From Eledone cirrhosa (lineage: Eukaryota): DNA of 64,000 bases. Location of the stretch: assembly GCA_964016885.1 (NCBI GenBank), contig OZ024743.1, positions 288,610,001-288,674,000 of the forward strand, in the 5' to 3' direction. A model generated the notes under the pieces. The model was not told the origin of the DNA, did no database searches, and was given only the letters and a program-made list of their open reading frames with translations. The position numbers and the translations under genes are program-made. Positions 15,943 to 28,829 of this stretch are shown here, piece by piece. Position 1 is the first letter of the stretch, and each line of letters begins with the position of its first letter.

Positions 15943-16011
15943 ATAATAATAAATTTGAAGACTAAAATCCAAAGCACCGATTCTTTGCTTAAACTTTAAT
16001 CTGTTATTTTA

Positions 16012-16122
<111 letters not shown>

Positions 16123-16955
16123 GCGTATAATTGCGTGTGATTGCTTACTCATGATTGTGGGAAGCTGTAATATTGTGTATATGATTCTATTTTTAACAAT
16201 GAAGTGAATTAGGAACATAGAGAAATTGAAGAAAATATAAATAAATAAATAGAAAAGGAAAGAATGGAAAAATGAAAGAAAGAGAGAAAGAATGGAAGAG
16301 ATAAAAATGGACAATGACGAACAGAAGTATATGTTCTTTAACGTATACTTGAGAGAGATAGAGAGAAAAGGAGAGGAGAGAACAAGACAGACACACAGAC
16401 AGTGATATTAAAATAGTGAAGAAATGAGAAAGAGACACGGATATAAGCAGTGAGGGAGAAATGTGTGTGTGTGTGAGGTTGAGAGAGAGAAAGACAGGTG
16501 GAGGGGGAGGGAGGGAGGGAAAGAGAAAAGAAAACGAAACAAAGAGAGAAAGATAGTGTAATGGGGGGTTAGACATGTGATAACACTTGAGGTGAAAGCA
16601 AAACAATACAAAACAAAATAAAACAGGTCTATGAAAATAATATATCTTTATATTATCGTCTCAGTTACCGATTCTCCAAACTTTGTGCTGTATCTTTGTT
16701 CTATTTAGAATTTTTCCAAAAATCTAATTTGCCCAGAATGAATCTGTGTGCTTCATGTTCGGCTTTCTATTATACTCATTATATATTTCAACATGTGACT
16801 ATATCACCACAATATATGTTGAATATACAGTATGAAGCCAAATTGTCGCCTTATGTACGAGTGTCTGTATTTCTCAGATAAATTTACATTCAATGGAGGG
16901 AAATTAAAATACACACACACACACACACACACGCACGCACACAAAACCACACACA

Positions 16956-16994
<39 letters not shown>

Positions 16995-17000
16995 TATATA

Positions 17001-17168
17001 TCATCATCATCATCATCATCATCATCATTATCATCCGGTGGCCTCAGCCGAAATCGACTCAACAATTTATCTCCACCTAGGTCTGTCGTTCATTGCCGCA
17101 GCCAAATCCTGGATTTCAATATCAGAATCTCTGGAGATAACATCGGGATAGGAGAGCTTGCACCCACT
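17001..17168 (-). mobile_element. 3' end of an RTE-like LINE with (TGA)n tail
   Basis: Minus strand LSYPDVISRDS..DLAAAMNDRPRWR is followed directly by a (GAT)n tail (17001-17035). Confidence 0.6.
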
Positions 17169-17170
17169 GT

Positions 17171-17218
<48 letters not shown>

Positions 17219-17221
17219 TGT

Positions 17222-17490
17222 GGAGGCACGTGGCCTAGTGATAAGGGTTTGGACTTATGATCATAATGTCGTGGAGTCGATTCCTGGGTTGCGTCTTGTG
17301 TTCTTGAGTAAAACACTTCATTTCACGTTGCTCCAGTATACTCAGCTGAGAATGAGTACCAGCAATAGCTGGGGTTTAACCCTGCGATGGACTGGCGTCC
17401 TGTACAGGGGGAGAGTCTTGTGCTCTCAGTCGCTTCACGCTATGAAACTGGGATAAGCACCGGCCAAATGAGCCTTCTGGCTTAAGACAG
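17222..17490 (+). mobile_element. Second tRNA-headed SINE family. Related diverged copies at ~60720-61052 (minus), ~7690-7920 and ~5600-5990
   Basis: GGAGGCACGTGGCCTAGTGATAAG (A box), GGAGTCGATTCC (B-box-like), TGTGTTCTTGAGTAAAACACTTCATTTCACGTTGCTCCAGT..CTCAGCTG. Confidence 0.65.
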
Positions 17491-17514
17491 ACTTTTGACT
17501 TTATATATATATGT

Positions 17515-17599
<85 letters not shown>

Positions 17600-17601
<2 letters not shown>

Positions 17602-17785
17602 TATAGTTGAGACAGTAAACAAAAAACAACAAAAAACAACGTGGAAGCGAAGAGGCAGTACAAATGTTAATATTAGTTTCACGCTTGCGAGTGGGGGGGG
17701 GGACGTTTCGGGCGTAAGCCCTTCATCAGGAGAAAAGTGGGCAGGAAAGAGTTCCGAGGGTGTGAGGGGGAGTGGTGGAAAGACA
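17600..17785 (-). mobile_element. Short repeat with minimal hammerhead core (17702-17729). Related pieces at ~26625-26730, ~39268-39328, ~19870-19930 and ~41975-42150
   Basis: Minus strand CTGATGA-A-GGGC-TTAC-GCCC-GAAA-CGTC. Shares AGAGGCAGTACAAA..TATTAGTTTCAC with 39294-39328. Abuts (TA)n. Confidence 0.55.
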
Positions 17786-19074
17786 TATGTATGTATGTAT
17801 TTATGTTTCTATGTGTGTTTGTGTTCGATAGTATACATATATATATATGTATGACTGTAAATAGTTTTCTTGGGGAAAAAGGTGATTATCAGAAAGCCTA
17901 CAAGAACGTTGGATTTGTGGAATCATCAGAACGTCGATTTTGGTTTCTGATATTGAATAGCATCAGAATTAATTTTACCTTTTATCCTTCCGTGGTTGAT
18001 AAAATAGCATACCAATCAACTACTGCGTCGACTTAATCAGCTACTATGTCGACTTAATAAACTACTCCGCCCCAAATCTGGCATCGTGTCTAAATTAGAG
18101 ACACTTATTACAGACTATACAAACTTTTGGAAAAACAAAAAAAAACAAAACAAAAAAAAACAAACAAAAAAACATTACGCTTGATGTTCTCTTTGAGCTC
18201 TTTACGTTTTCACTTCGCAGAAGTTAATTTTGAAGAATTACTAGGGTTTGAGGAAATTATCATAAACTCAACTGGTGAAGATAGACCATTAGCCAATTGT
18301 GTTCTGGCAGAGAATCACAGAGAGAAAACGAAACTGTTGTGGATGCCTTTGTTCTGTATAGGAACATTACTGACTGATGGAGTTGTGTCGATCAGCTATT
18401 ATCACATGTAGTAGAAAACTACCTTTCATCTTCGGAAAAAAAACAGTCTCTTGTCTTCTGGTGGTTATGACGAAATACATTATAACGTGGTTAAAATTGA
18501 AGGGACAGTGGATAAATTTTCTTCTTCAGTGGAATGGTTATAAGCATTTCAGAGGATGGAAAATAAAATGGTTGACCTCGGGCTAAACATTAACAATATG
18601 ATTTAATGAAGTCTCTGCGAATGCACTCGATCGGATTATAGGATGAAGTCAGTTCTCACACAATTTCGAAATGGTTAAATCACAGTTCTGTCCTATTAGG
18701 TTTGAACTTGGGCTAATCAACAAAAACAAGCAACAACAACAATAACAACGAAAACAACAATACCAACGACAAAAGTAAGTTCAAATATATGTTTATGAAT
18801 AAAAACCTCTTTAGAAATCCGAAATATGCGCGGAGTGTTCGAAAGATATTGGGTACACCACATCAGAAATTAAGCAGAACTTTGAAACAGTAGATGAAAT
18901 CTAGCCCTACCAACAACAGATGGTGCAAACATATGTCAAATAAAGTGTGTCGACTAAAATGATAAAGTGACAAATTTGTTTGACATTCTCGTACAGGTTC
19001 ATAGGGAAGTAAAGGAGGATAACTCTTCAAGATTGTTATCGTTAAGAACAAAATGCTGTGTAAAAATATGCACA

Positions 19075-19140
<66 letters not shown>

Positions 19141-19493
19141 CATTTGCAACCCCCGACGATGAAAACCAATCTGTCTGAGAACAGAAGCATGGAAAAAAGA
19201 AAGCCGTCTGTAAAAGTATATAATATATTAGAGATTGAAACAACCCGATTGTGTGGTTTCAAATTGAAAATATTAGACACACTAGAGCTACAAATAAGTA
19301 AATAAATAAATGAATAAATAGATAAATAAATAAATAAATATGTGCTCGCCTGGCAATATGGTCGAATTCTGTCTTCCTGTATACCACCTTGGAACTCTAC
19401 TACAAATTGGGTCGGTTAATGTCTTCTGGGTAAAGCTTGGTAGACGGAATCGGTAGAGAAGCATGTCGGGAGAACACACACACACACAAACAC

Positions 19494-19534
<41 letters not shown>

Positions 19535-20134
19535 TACAGATATATATATACATTTTAGATCCAGTCTTCTTCTCAACAAGAAAGATGAACAAACCTCCCT
19601 CAACACTTAATTTTAAATCTTTAATTTTTAATTCTTTTTAATTCTTTTTAATTGTAATACTCAGCATTTGATAAGATGGATTTCAGCGATTATATTTTAT
19701 ATATTCTATATACATCATAAAACACTTTTTTTAAAAGAATTGTGCCTCTCATTTTTTCCATAATGTCATTTTGACGAATCAAAGAAGTAAAAAAGAGAAA
19801 CAGATACTTTAAAATATTTTCCGTGCTATTTCCAATTCCACCATTTTCTCTCTCTCTACATATATAGTTAATAAAAGAAATAAAACAAAAACAAGAATAC
19901 AAAATTACAGTTATATTAGTTTCACGCTTCATTACCTTTCTGCATAACACATGGCCATCTGATGAATTGATGAACGAAACAGAAAATATACTGTTGGTGT
20001 AATAGAATATTTTGTATTAACACAACTCGTCCCTGCGATTGAGTGCTCTACCTACTATTTATTAAATGTATATGTATATACACAGGCTGTCCCAAAAATG
20101 TATACACACTTCAACAACATCCCAATAAAAGTGA

Positions 20135-20406
20135 AAAATGGCGTAAACTTTACAATACAATGGGAGGAAACACAATAGTACCACTGATGATGTCGCAGAT
20201 GTGCGACGAAAGAACTTTGATAGATTATATATATAATTATATCTGTATTTTTAACCGCTGGTCAATCAATGATAAACATTGATTGCCAAATAAATTAACT
20301 ATGGAGATATAAAAGATACAGAAGCGAAAACCAACCCAAACCAAACAGTGAGTGTGTTCTGTTATTATTTCTGGCAATATTATAATAATATGACCCTCCT
20401 CAAGCA

Positions 20407-20410
<4 letters not shown>
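20135..20410 (+). mobile_element. Non-coding Penelope-terminus-like repeat with hammerhead motif (20179-20222)
   Basis: CTGATGA-T-GTCGCA-GATG-TGCGAC-GAAA-GAAC-TT-TGATA. Ends TGACCCTCCTCAAGCATAAC followed by (TA)n, like the Penelope end at 28830-28851 and the element at 50110-50400. Confidence 0.7.
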
Positions 20411-20494
<84 letters not shown>

Positions 20495-20501
20495 AGGTCA
20501 C

Positions 20502-21097
20502 TAGTTGGTGCTACTGGTAACATGTATCCCAGTACAACCTGCCTCATGGTCGGGTCGTTGGCGACTAAACTGGCAACCCCACCAAGGTTTCTTGGTGAGG
20601 AGGGTGACTTTGGACATCCTGCAGGACTAAAAACAAAACCTGTCAAAGGGCAAAGGAGCTCTTAAGAGTCAATGGCCATCCAAAATCACCGGGAGAGATG
20701 ACCCCTTAGCCTTTGTCAAGGCAGAATTCTAGGAGAAGGAAAACTCTGATATAACACCTGCAACTCTGATGGTATCCAATGATGTTGACTTGTTCTTCTT
20801 TTTGGTAAATATCATCTTGGTTAAGAGAGTGGGACTGGCTTTGTGCAGTGCCTTTGCTCACTATAAAAGCTTCACGGCACAGGCATTGCTTTATATCAGG
20901 AGATCTCTCTGCACTTGTCGTCACATGGTACCATGGGCCCAGCACTATGTGTCAATAATTGTCACAAGTGTAGTGTTTGTACCAGAGTTTTCAAGTCGCT
21001 GGCTGGACTAAAAAGTCACACTCGTTCAGCGCATTGGTAGGGGTTCTCCTACATGGATATAAAGTAGTGGCCGTACTCGAAAACGAGTTGGCAGCCA

Positions 21098-21100
<3 letters not shown>
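20502..21100 (+). mobile_element. ~600-bp bipartite non-autonomous RTE-derived element, copy 1
   Basis: Near-identical to 62341-62938. Contains CTAGGAGAAGGAAAACTCTG (RTE 5'-region-like) and a 3' frame CSVCTRVFKSLAGLKSHTRSAH* (C2H2-like RTE C-terminus). Ends GGCAGCCACC(AT)n. Confidence 0.7.
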
Positions 21101-21138
<38 letters not shown>

Positions 21139-21534
21139 CATATATATACATGAATATATATATATATATAATCGTTTGTATGTGTGTGTGGGGATTACCT
21201 GTGTCTTTGTTTGCGTTAATTGGCTGTTTATGTCCCGTATCTTAGGGGTTCCACAAATAAAGATCGTTGAACTAAGTAGTTTACTTGAAAACCAAAATAT
21301 ACGCGCTTTTGTCTTATTGAGAAACATTGTTCAGAGTTGACTTAATTTCGCGACATAGAGATTATGGTGGAAATTCTAAGGTGTCACCATACACTAAAGT
21401 GTTATGACACACCTATAGATTATGGATGGCATATTAGAGGATCTGTAGAACGTCGGTGCTTGTGACATTTGGTCCCGTCTCTTTTACGTTCTAAGGATAC
21501 ATCCCGTCCATTTCGTTTTGCTTTCGTCATTTTC

Positions 21535-21814
21535 ATATTGTCGTTGTTGCCGCTGTTGTTGCTGCTGTTGTTGTTGTTGTGGTGGTGATGGTGGTTTTAG
21601 TAGGTGTCGCTGTTGTTGTAGTTGTTTTTGTTGTTGTTGTTGCTACACATCGTTTAATATTTTCTTCGTATCTTCAAACAGAATTACGTATCGTTGTTGT
21701 TGACTTTGGTGTTGCTGTTGTTTTTTTCGTTATTGTTGTCGTTGCTGCTGCTGCTGTTATTGTTGTTGTTGTTGTTGTTGTTGTTGCTGTTGTTGTTGTT
21801 GTTGTTGTTGTTGC

Positions 21815-21854
<40 letters not shown>

Positions 21855-21923
21855 CTTCTTCTTCTTCTTCTTCTTCTTCTTCTTCTTCTTCTTCTTCTTC
21901 TTCTTCTTCTTCTTCTTCTTCTT
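21535..21923. repeat. Compound (GTT)n then (CTT)n trinucleotide repeat
   Basis: Direct reading. Explains the poly-V/L/F/K/N ORFs. Confidence 0.95.
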
Positions 21924-23397
21924 TAGATCTAACTCAATTCTCACCAAAGACGATCTAGGCATAAATACCAGAACTAATAACAACAACAGTGACGTCGATG
22001 AAGACAATAGCAATAACAACAACAACAATAATATTAATAATCCCATCTAGAGTAACATTATATTTCAGCACTCCGGGTCGATAAATAAAGTAGCAATCAT
22101 GTAGTGTTAGTCCATTTAATTGACTGCAATGCTCTAGACAAAGTGATGGTCATTTGCCATGTTTTAACCATAGCAACGAAATAAAGATGTTTTTTCTATT
22201 ACGTCACCTTCTATTATATCCTTACTATCAGAACGATGCTCCTTTCAATGAATCGAGTATTATCTAATTAATGTTTTGCTTCCTTTATCTTCATGTTGAT
22301 TTAAAATATTGTTATGCATCTTTCCGATCCGAGATTTAGCGCGACAGTTTTGACCATCAAAGCACAATATAATTTGAGAGGTATTTGTCACTAACTTATT
22401 TAAAGGTAAAAAGCTTGGATTTCTTCCAATATAGTTAGATCAAGAGAAATATCAAAGGAAATAAGAGGGTTAGATAGTATAATTGTTAAAAGGTAACTAG
22501 ATGCTAATGAGAAAAGTGGAGAAATATACACACCAAGGTTGTAAATGCTCGAAGTGCCAAGTTATGGCCTGAAGATTGTTCCTTATCATTGGCAATGCAT
22601 CTATAATTAATTCTGTTCTAAGAACAAAATATTAGATTATGGATTTCATTTAACAAGTTACATATAAGAAAATCTGCTAAAACCGGTAGGTATTGGGAAC
22701 ATAGAGTCTTAAATTTATATATCTTATCAACCCTAATATAATAGTAGTACAGGTTTGATCTCTTAAATCTAACAGTCAACAGTATGGTAACTCCTGTACT
22801 AACCTGATGTAATCTGCCTCATGTACAAGAAACTATTTCGTGACTTTGTGGAATAACGACATGTTGTTTAAAGCGTCGGATTAAATACATTGCAATATAT
22901 GCACAGGATCTCTGTAATCTGTGTTCAATTCCCACCACGCTCAACTTTACCTTGCCTTCTTTCGAGGCTGATAAATAAACTGCCTATCGAATGCAGTTGT
23001 TTGGCGAAATTGATAGAGTTTCGAACTTATTCGGCACTGGTAACTCCTGGTAGAAGAATCACCCCTATCCCGATGACAAGAACCCAGAGCACACACCACC
23101 AGAGCAGATACCAACTATTTTACCAAATCCACTGATCCACTGCCACTGGAATGGATTGGTATTTTATCAATCGACTACGAAATGATGAAAGGCAAATTTT
23201 ATATTAGTAGCATTAGAACTCAGAGCACAGAAAGCCGGTCCCCTGACAACTCACCAATGTTAGAATAAGAGACCCTTAAATGGACCAGAGGCACTGCCAA
23301 CTCTACCCCAAGCTGAAATATGATGAAACAATTTCAAGATATGTTTGAACCCCTGTTACCGTGGATCATATTATATATTTATCTACATTTGAATCAA

Positions 23398-23486
<89 letters not shown>

Positions 23487-24137
23487 CGGGGGTGAGATTA
23501 TAGGTGTATGCAACTAAGATTATTTAAGTGTGTGCATGTGTCTTTATGGGTTTTGATACTTGTATATATATATATATATTTATTCTCTTTTTGCAATTGT
23601 TCTGCAATACACCACGTAATCCACCTTGCTTCAACATTGACCGTCAGATGGCGCCAACCCGTTCGAGACAAACTTTAAGGTCAAACAACACTGAATTCAA
23701 TCAACCGATAAAAAACGAGTGAACAGTTCATCAAGGTATTTTCCTTCTCCCTTCTTTTCTCGCTAAATATATAGCAACTATAATAACAACAATGACTACA
23801 ACAGTAACTGAATATTCATCTTACTACTCCTGCTTATTATCAACATGATCATCATCATGATCATTGTAAATGATAATAAGAACAAAGATTACAACAACAG
23901 CAAGTAAAAAAAAGCAACACAAATAACAACAGCAATAATAATGTTAATAACAACCAATAGCAACAACCGACACAGGTACCAAAACAACCACTACACGAAC
24001 AGCAACAACCATGGCAAAAGGTGAACAGTAACACTGATTTAAACATTTGAAACAAAAAGAAATGGACTGAAATTTAACGATTTTCCGAAAAAAAACAAAC
24101 TATTGTATTCTCTGTCTGTGTAAGCACATACACATTT

Positions 24138-24176
<39 letters not shown>

Positions 24177-24189
24177 TGTGTGTGTGTGT

Positions 24190-24231
<42 letters not shown>

Positions 24232-25409
24232 TGCGTGTGTGTGTGTGTGTGCATGCTTACCTATTTCAGCACAACAAACAATATATATTGGAGGTAGACA
24301 CATACTATATTTAACACAATAGCGTTGTCTCACTGCACGGTCAGAAAAACTAAACAAAGTTGTACTGGCTGCATACCTTATTGATAACAATCAGTAGGTC
24401 TTACAAAGTTATTTTGTACTTTAAATATATAATGTGATATCATGCGTTTGTTCAATAATAGAGTATACGTACATATGTTAAATACAATTGATACATATTA
24501 GTTCGTTTGAAGTTTGTATGTATTATTATTTATGACTTCTTTTTTCTAAATCTTTATATCTGATGAATGTAATTTAAATGAATAATGGGTATAATTTTAT
24601 CTAAGTTATATAGAATTACAATTGTTATACTTAGTTGTTCTATCGACTGTTAAATCGTTAAAAGGATTTGCAATACAGACGGTTGGAGGTTGCTGTAGGC
24701 GTTTATGTAATTGTTTGTGTTTGTGTTGGTGTAATAATTATTATTGTTGGTGTTTGTGATGTTATTGTCCTTATAATAGTTGTTTGTGTTCGTGATGATA
24801 TTGTTGTGGTAGTAGTTTTTGTTGTTGTTGATGTTTGCAATGATATTTTTTATCGTAGTATTTATTATTTTGGTGTTTGTAATGATATTATTATTGTTGT
24901 TTAACCTCAGCTCAACAGCTGAATACGAAGACCTATGATCAAATAGCATTCCATTCATTAAAGTGTTTTTTGGGCTGCTTGTAGAAAAGTATTTCTGAAA
25001 GGGAGTGGGAAAAAATTCTGAGGTTCTGCGATATGAGATGTCTTTTAATAAAAATATAATACAAAATAATGTCATACATTATGTTTTATGAATTACTTAT
25101 ATCTCCCTAAAACAGTTTGGTTTCATTTAATAACTTATTAAAATAGGGTGGGGGCGATTGTCCATAAAATATATGTATGGATTCCACAATGTTTGGAAGC
25201 TTGTGTAGGAAATATTAGTCTAATGTATGTTTTATTTATTCCAGGTGATAACTGGCCGCTATTTTTAGCACATTGATTAGCCGTGTAGACTCCTCCTTGT
25301 TGAGGTTGTAGATCTAGCCATATTTCCATTACTAATTCACTTTTACAGGGTTAGAGCTTAAAGGTTTCAAATATCCTATTTGTACTCTTAAATATTTATG
25401 ATTTATTTC

Positions 25410-25585
25410 AATAATTGTTTCTACTTTAGGCACAAGGCCAGCAATTAACCAGTTCATTACTGGTACTTTATTAGGATGAAAGGCAAAGTCAACCTCGGCG
25501 GGATTTTAACTCAGATTGTAAAGGGACGTAACTATGCTGGAAAGCATGGCGTCCGACCCTCTACCGATACTGCCAATCCACCACC
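25410..25585 (-). mobile_element. SINE copy with a small internal deletion
   Basis: Same consensus, lacking the TTATCGACCCCG segment. Confidence 0.8.
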
Positions 25586-26153
25586 TGATTTATTTCAATA
25601 ATAGAATGTGTTTAAATACGTTACAATATCATAATGAGAAGCGGAAAGAGAAGAAAAAGAAAAGGAGAAGTGAGATAGTAAAGAAGGGAAGAAGACAAAA
25701 ATTGAAAAGAAAAGTAGTTGAGAAAGGGGGACAATTCTACGCCATTGGTTGGATGGTATATCTCAGCTGCAAACAAAATGGCGAATGAATTGCTCCAGAG
25801 AGCAGCCGGCGATATCCGCTTTCTTTTTTTATATTTAAATAAAAATTGCAATGAATAAAAGCCCATAAAAAATGGGCGGCGCTGTTCTAACGTTTCCAAT
25901 TATGTAGAATTGCTACGACAGACAAGGAAAGCAATATGGTAGAATTAAAAAAATAATATTGGATTTGTGATTTTCAATTTGTATACAAGCCTGACTTTTG
26001 ATGTTCCCATAATTTTGTTTTTGCTTTTGATGTTATTTTTTGTGAGTCTATAAGGATACTTCAGTGTATATTGTTGATACATACACGTTAACTAATTCTC
26101 CCGCTTCCCCATATATACATACATACTGACACACTCATACACACACACACACG

Positions 26154-26218
<65 letters not shown>

Positions 26219-26223
26219 ATGTA

Positions 26224-26256
<33 letters not shown>

Positions 26257-26261
<5 letters not shown>

Positions 26262-26406
26262 AATGAATATATGATAGGGATAAACACTGATACAAGTATA
26301 CATGTGTTCGCATTGCAAATGACCAATCTAGCTAACTTGGTCATTTGCAATGCGAACACATGTATACTTGTATCAGTGTTTATCACTATCATATATTCAT
26401 TTGTAT
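26257..26406. repeat. Near-perfect hairpin: 70-bp arms and 10-nt loop
   Basis: 26257-26326 is the reverse complement of 26337-26406 with one mismatch. The left end abuts (TA)n. Confidence 0.9.
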
Positions 26407-26469
26407 TACACGGCTCAGAAATATTCCTTTCTTTGAGCTATTTAATTGTAAAAGATATTTGAGTTTTAA

Positions 26470-26522
<53 letters not shown>

Positions 26523-26728
26523 CATACATACATATGTGTGTGTGTGTGTCTATTGGTGTATCTGTGTGTCTCTCTTTTTCTATGTATATATATATATATA
26601 TATACATTATATGATAGTATATGTGGTTCAAGAAACGACCAGACAAACACGGATGCAAAAACACAACGTCTTGTTAATATCAGATTTGGCAGGGAGTAGA
26701 AAAGGGTCAGACGTTTCTTCAGGAGAAG

Positions 26729-26764
<36 letters not shown>

Positions 26765-27325
26765 CGGGGGAGAGTAAAAGTTGGAACATCGAAGTTCGGA
26801 AAAAAATTTTAAGAAGGCTCTGGAAAGAGGGGGGGGGGGGGGGGGGGGGGGCGAGTAATCCCGGTGTTCGGGAGTGAGAGACGAGGTGGAGAGGAGAGTC
26901 CAGGTGTCTCATGGATGTTATGTGTGGGTAGATGGAGTGCATTTCGTGGTTGTGCATTATTGCTTCTGTATATGTGCGTTTATGTTATTGGGGAGTGTGT
27001 GTGTGTGTATGTGTGTATGTTTATGTATGAGTGTGTGTGCATAGACGTCTGTCTGTGTGTTCGTTGTTGTTTCTTTATGTGTATGTGTGTCCACATATAT
27101 GTGTATGGGCATGAGTGTGTATGTATGCAAATATATACGTACTTGTCAGACTTTTTGTGTACGTGTGTATACATGTGTGTGTCTGTGGATCCTTCAAGCC
27201 CCTCTATTCTCGCTCAGGTGCACAAGTACATATACATACACATGTACGTACATTTGCACGTGTGTACCCATTAACATTACATAAGTTTATGTATATATTA
27301 TGTATACATACATATATATATATAT

Positions 27326-27524
27326 ATAGGAAAAAGTATGACCCCGACGGCAGAGCTCAAGCCGTTTCGACGGCTATTTCTGGACTCAGTTCAGAAATAG
27401 CCGTCGAACAGGCTTGAGCTCTGCAGTCGGGGTCATACTTTTTCCTATTTCCCACTCTACTACCCTAAGTATTGAGTACTCTAGTGCGTTATGGTCCATC
27501 TGGTTCCTTACCACATTTTCTTTG

Positions 27525-27525
<1 letters not shown>
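27326..27525. mobile_element. Fold-back repeat family A, copy 3
   Basis: ~60-bp inverted arms centred near 27387, plus the same tail as copies 1 and 2. TA-rich tracts on both sides. Confidence 0.8.
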
Positions 27526-27590
<65 letters not shown>

Positions 27591-27659
27591 TGAGGTGTAT
27601 GTTTGAGTACATATATCAGTCCCCCCTCTCTCTCTGTATATATATATATGTATACATTG

Positions 27660-27725
<66 letters not shown>

Positions 27726-27816
27726 TATATATATATACTGTATATATATATACATACATAGAGATATACATATCTATCTATCTATCTATCTATCTATTGT
27801 ATATATATATAATTAT

Positions 27817-27893
<77 letters not shown>

Positions 27894-27903
27894 GAGAGAG
27901 ATG

Positions 27904-27942
<39 letters not shown>

Positions 27943-28214
27943 GGACAGATGATATACACTCATAGATGTGCGTGCATGTGTATATGCACTTTGATTACAT
28001 ATTTAAAACATTGCTGTAAGGGTGGAGCTTGTCTCTAACTAATAAGTAGGATTCTCGCCATGGAATTTAGGTCAACATAGTACAGTCTCATGCTGGACTT
28101 TTAGAGAAATCTTGCAGAGTCATACTATTACAGTCATGTATATATGTATGTATGTACGTATGTTTTGTTTATGGGTGTGTATATATCTATATATATGTGT
28201 GTGTGTGGAGACGG

Positions 28215-28245
<31 letters not shown>

Positions 28246-28320
28246 CTTGCACAATTGCTCATACATTTAGATACTCATACATTTAGATACTCATACAAAT
28301 AAATATATATAAGCCTATAC

Positions 28321-28389
<69 letters not shown>

Positions 28390-28436
28390 TAACAGATTAA
28401 AGCAAAGAATCGCTGCTTTCACCCTTAACGGGATCT

Positions 28437-28509
<73 letters not shown>

Positions 28510-28668
28510 TATATTATATATATATCAGTTTGTTTATGGCCGTATTTCTGCTTTTTAGTTTCTATTCCTGCCTACTATCTTTCACTCTTTCTTTCTCTCA
28601 TTCTTCTCTCGTCACTCACACACTTTCTCTCTCCGCCTCTCTCTCTCTCTCTCTCTCTCTCTCCTTCT

Positions 28669-28740
<72 letters not shown>

Positions 28741-28769
28741 TATATATATATGTATATATATATATATTC

Positions 28770-28807
<38 letters not shown>

Positions 28808-28829
28808 TCATATATATATATATACATAT

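Noticed and set aside
20510-20580. HDV-like ribozyme at the 5' end of the RTE-derived element (CCAGT..ACC-TGCCTCAT-GGT..GTCG-TTGG-CGAC-TAA-ACTGG)
   Set aside because: P2-, P3- and P4-like pieces exist, but I could not find a P1 helix or correct P1.1 spacing. It needs a descriptor search before being claimed.
22380-22860. Possible coding or retroelement remnant with CKCSKC
   Set aside because: It has multiple stops and no diagnostic motif I can identify.
23641-23656. CTCF-like site CCGTCAGATGGCGCCA
   Set aside because: It is a single short motif match that cannot be distinguished from chance or a transposon-internal motif without ChIP data.
24555-24635. Possible degenerate hammerhead (CTGATGA..ACAATTGT)
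   Set aside because: The GAAA box is absent and the pairing is only AT-rich.
25138-25329. 63-aa ORF as host exon or integrase fragment
   Set aside because: No recognisable motif or splice evidence.
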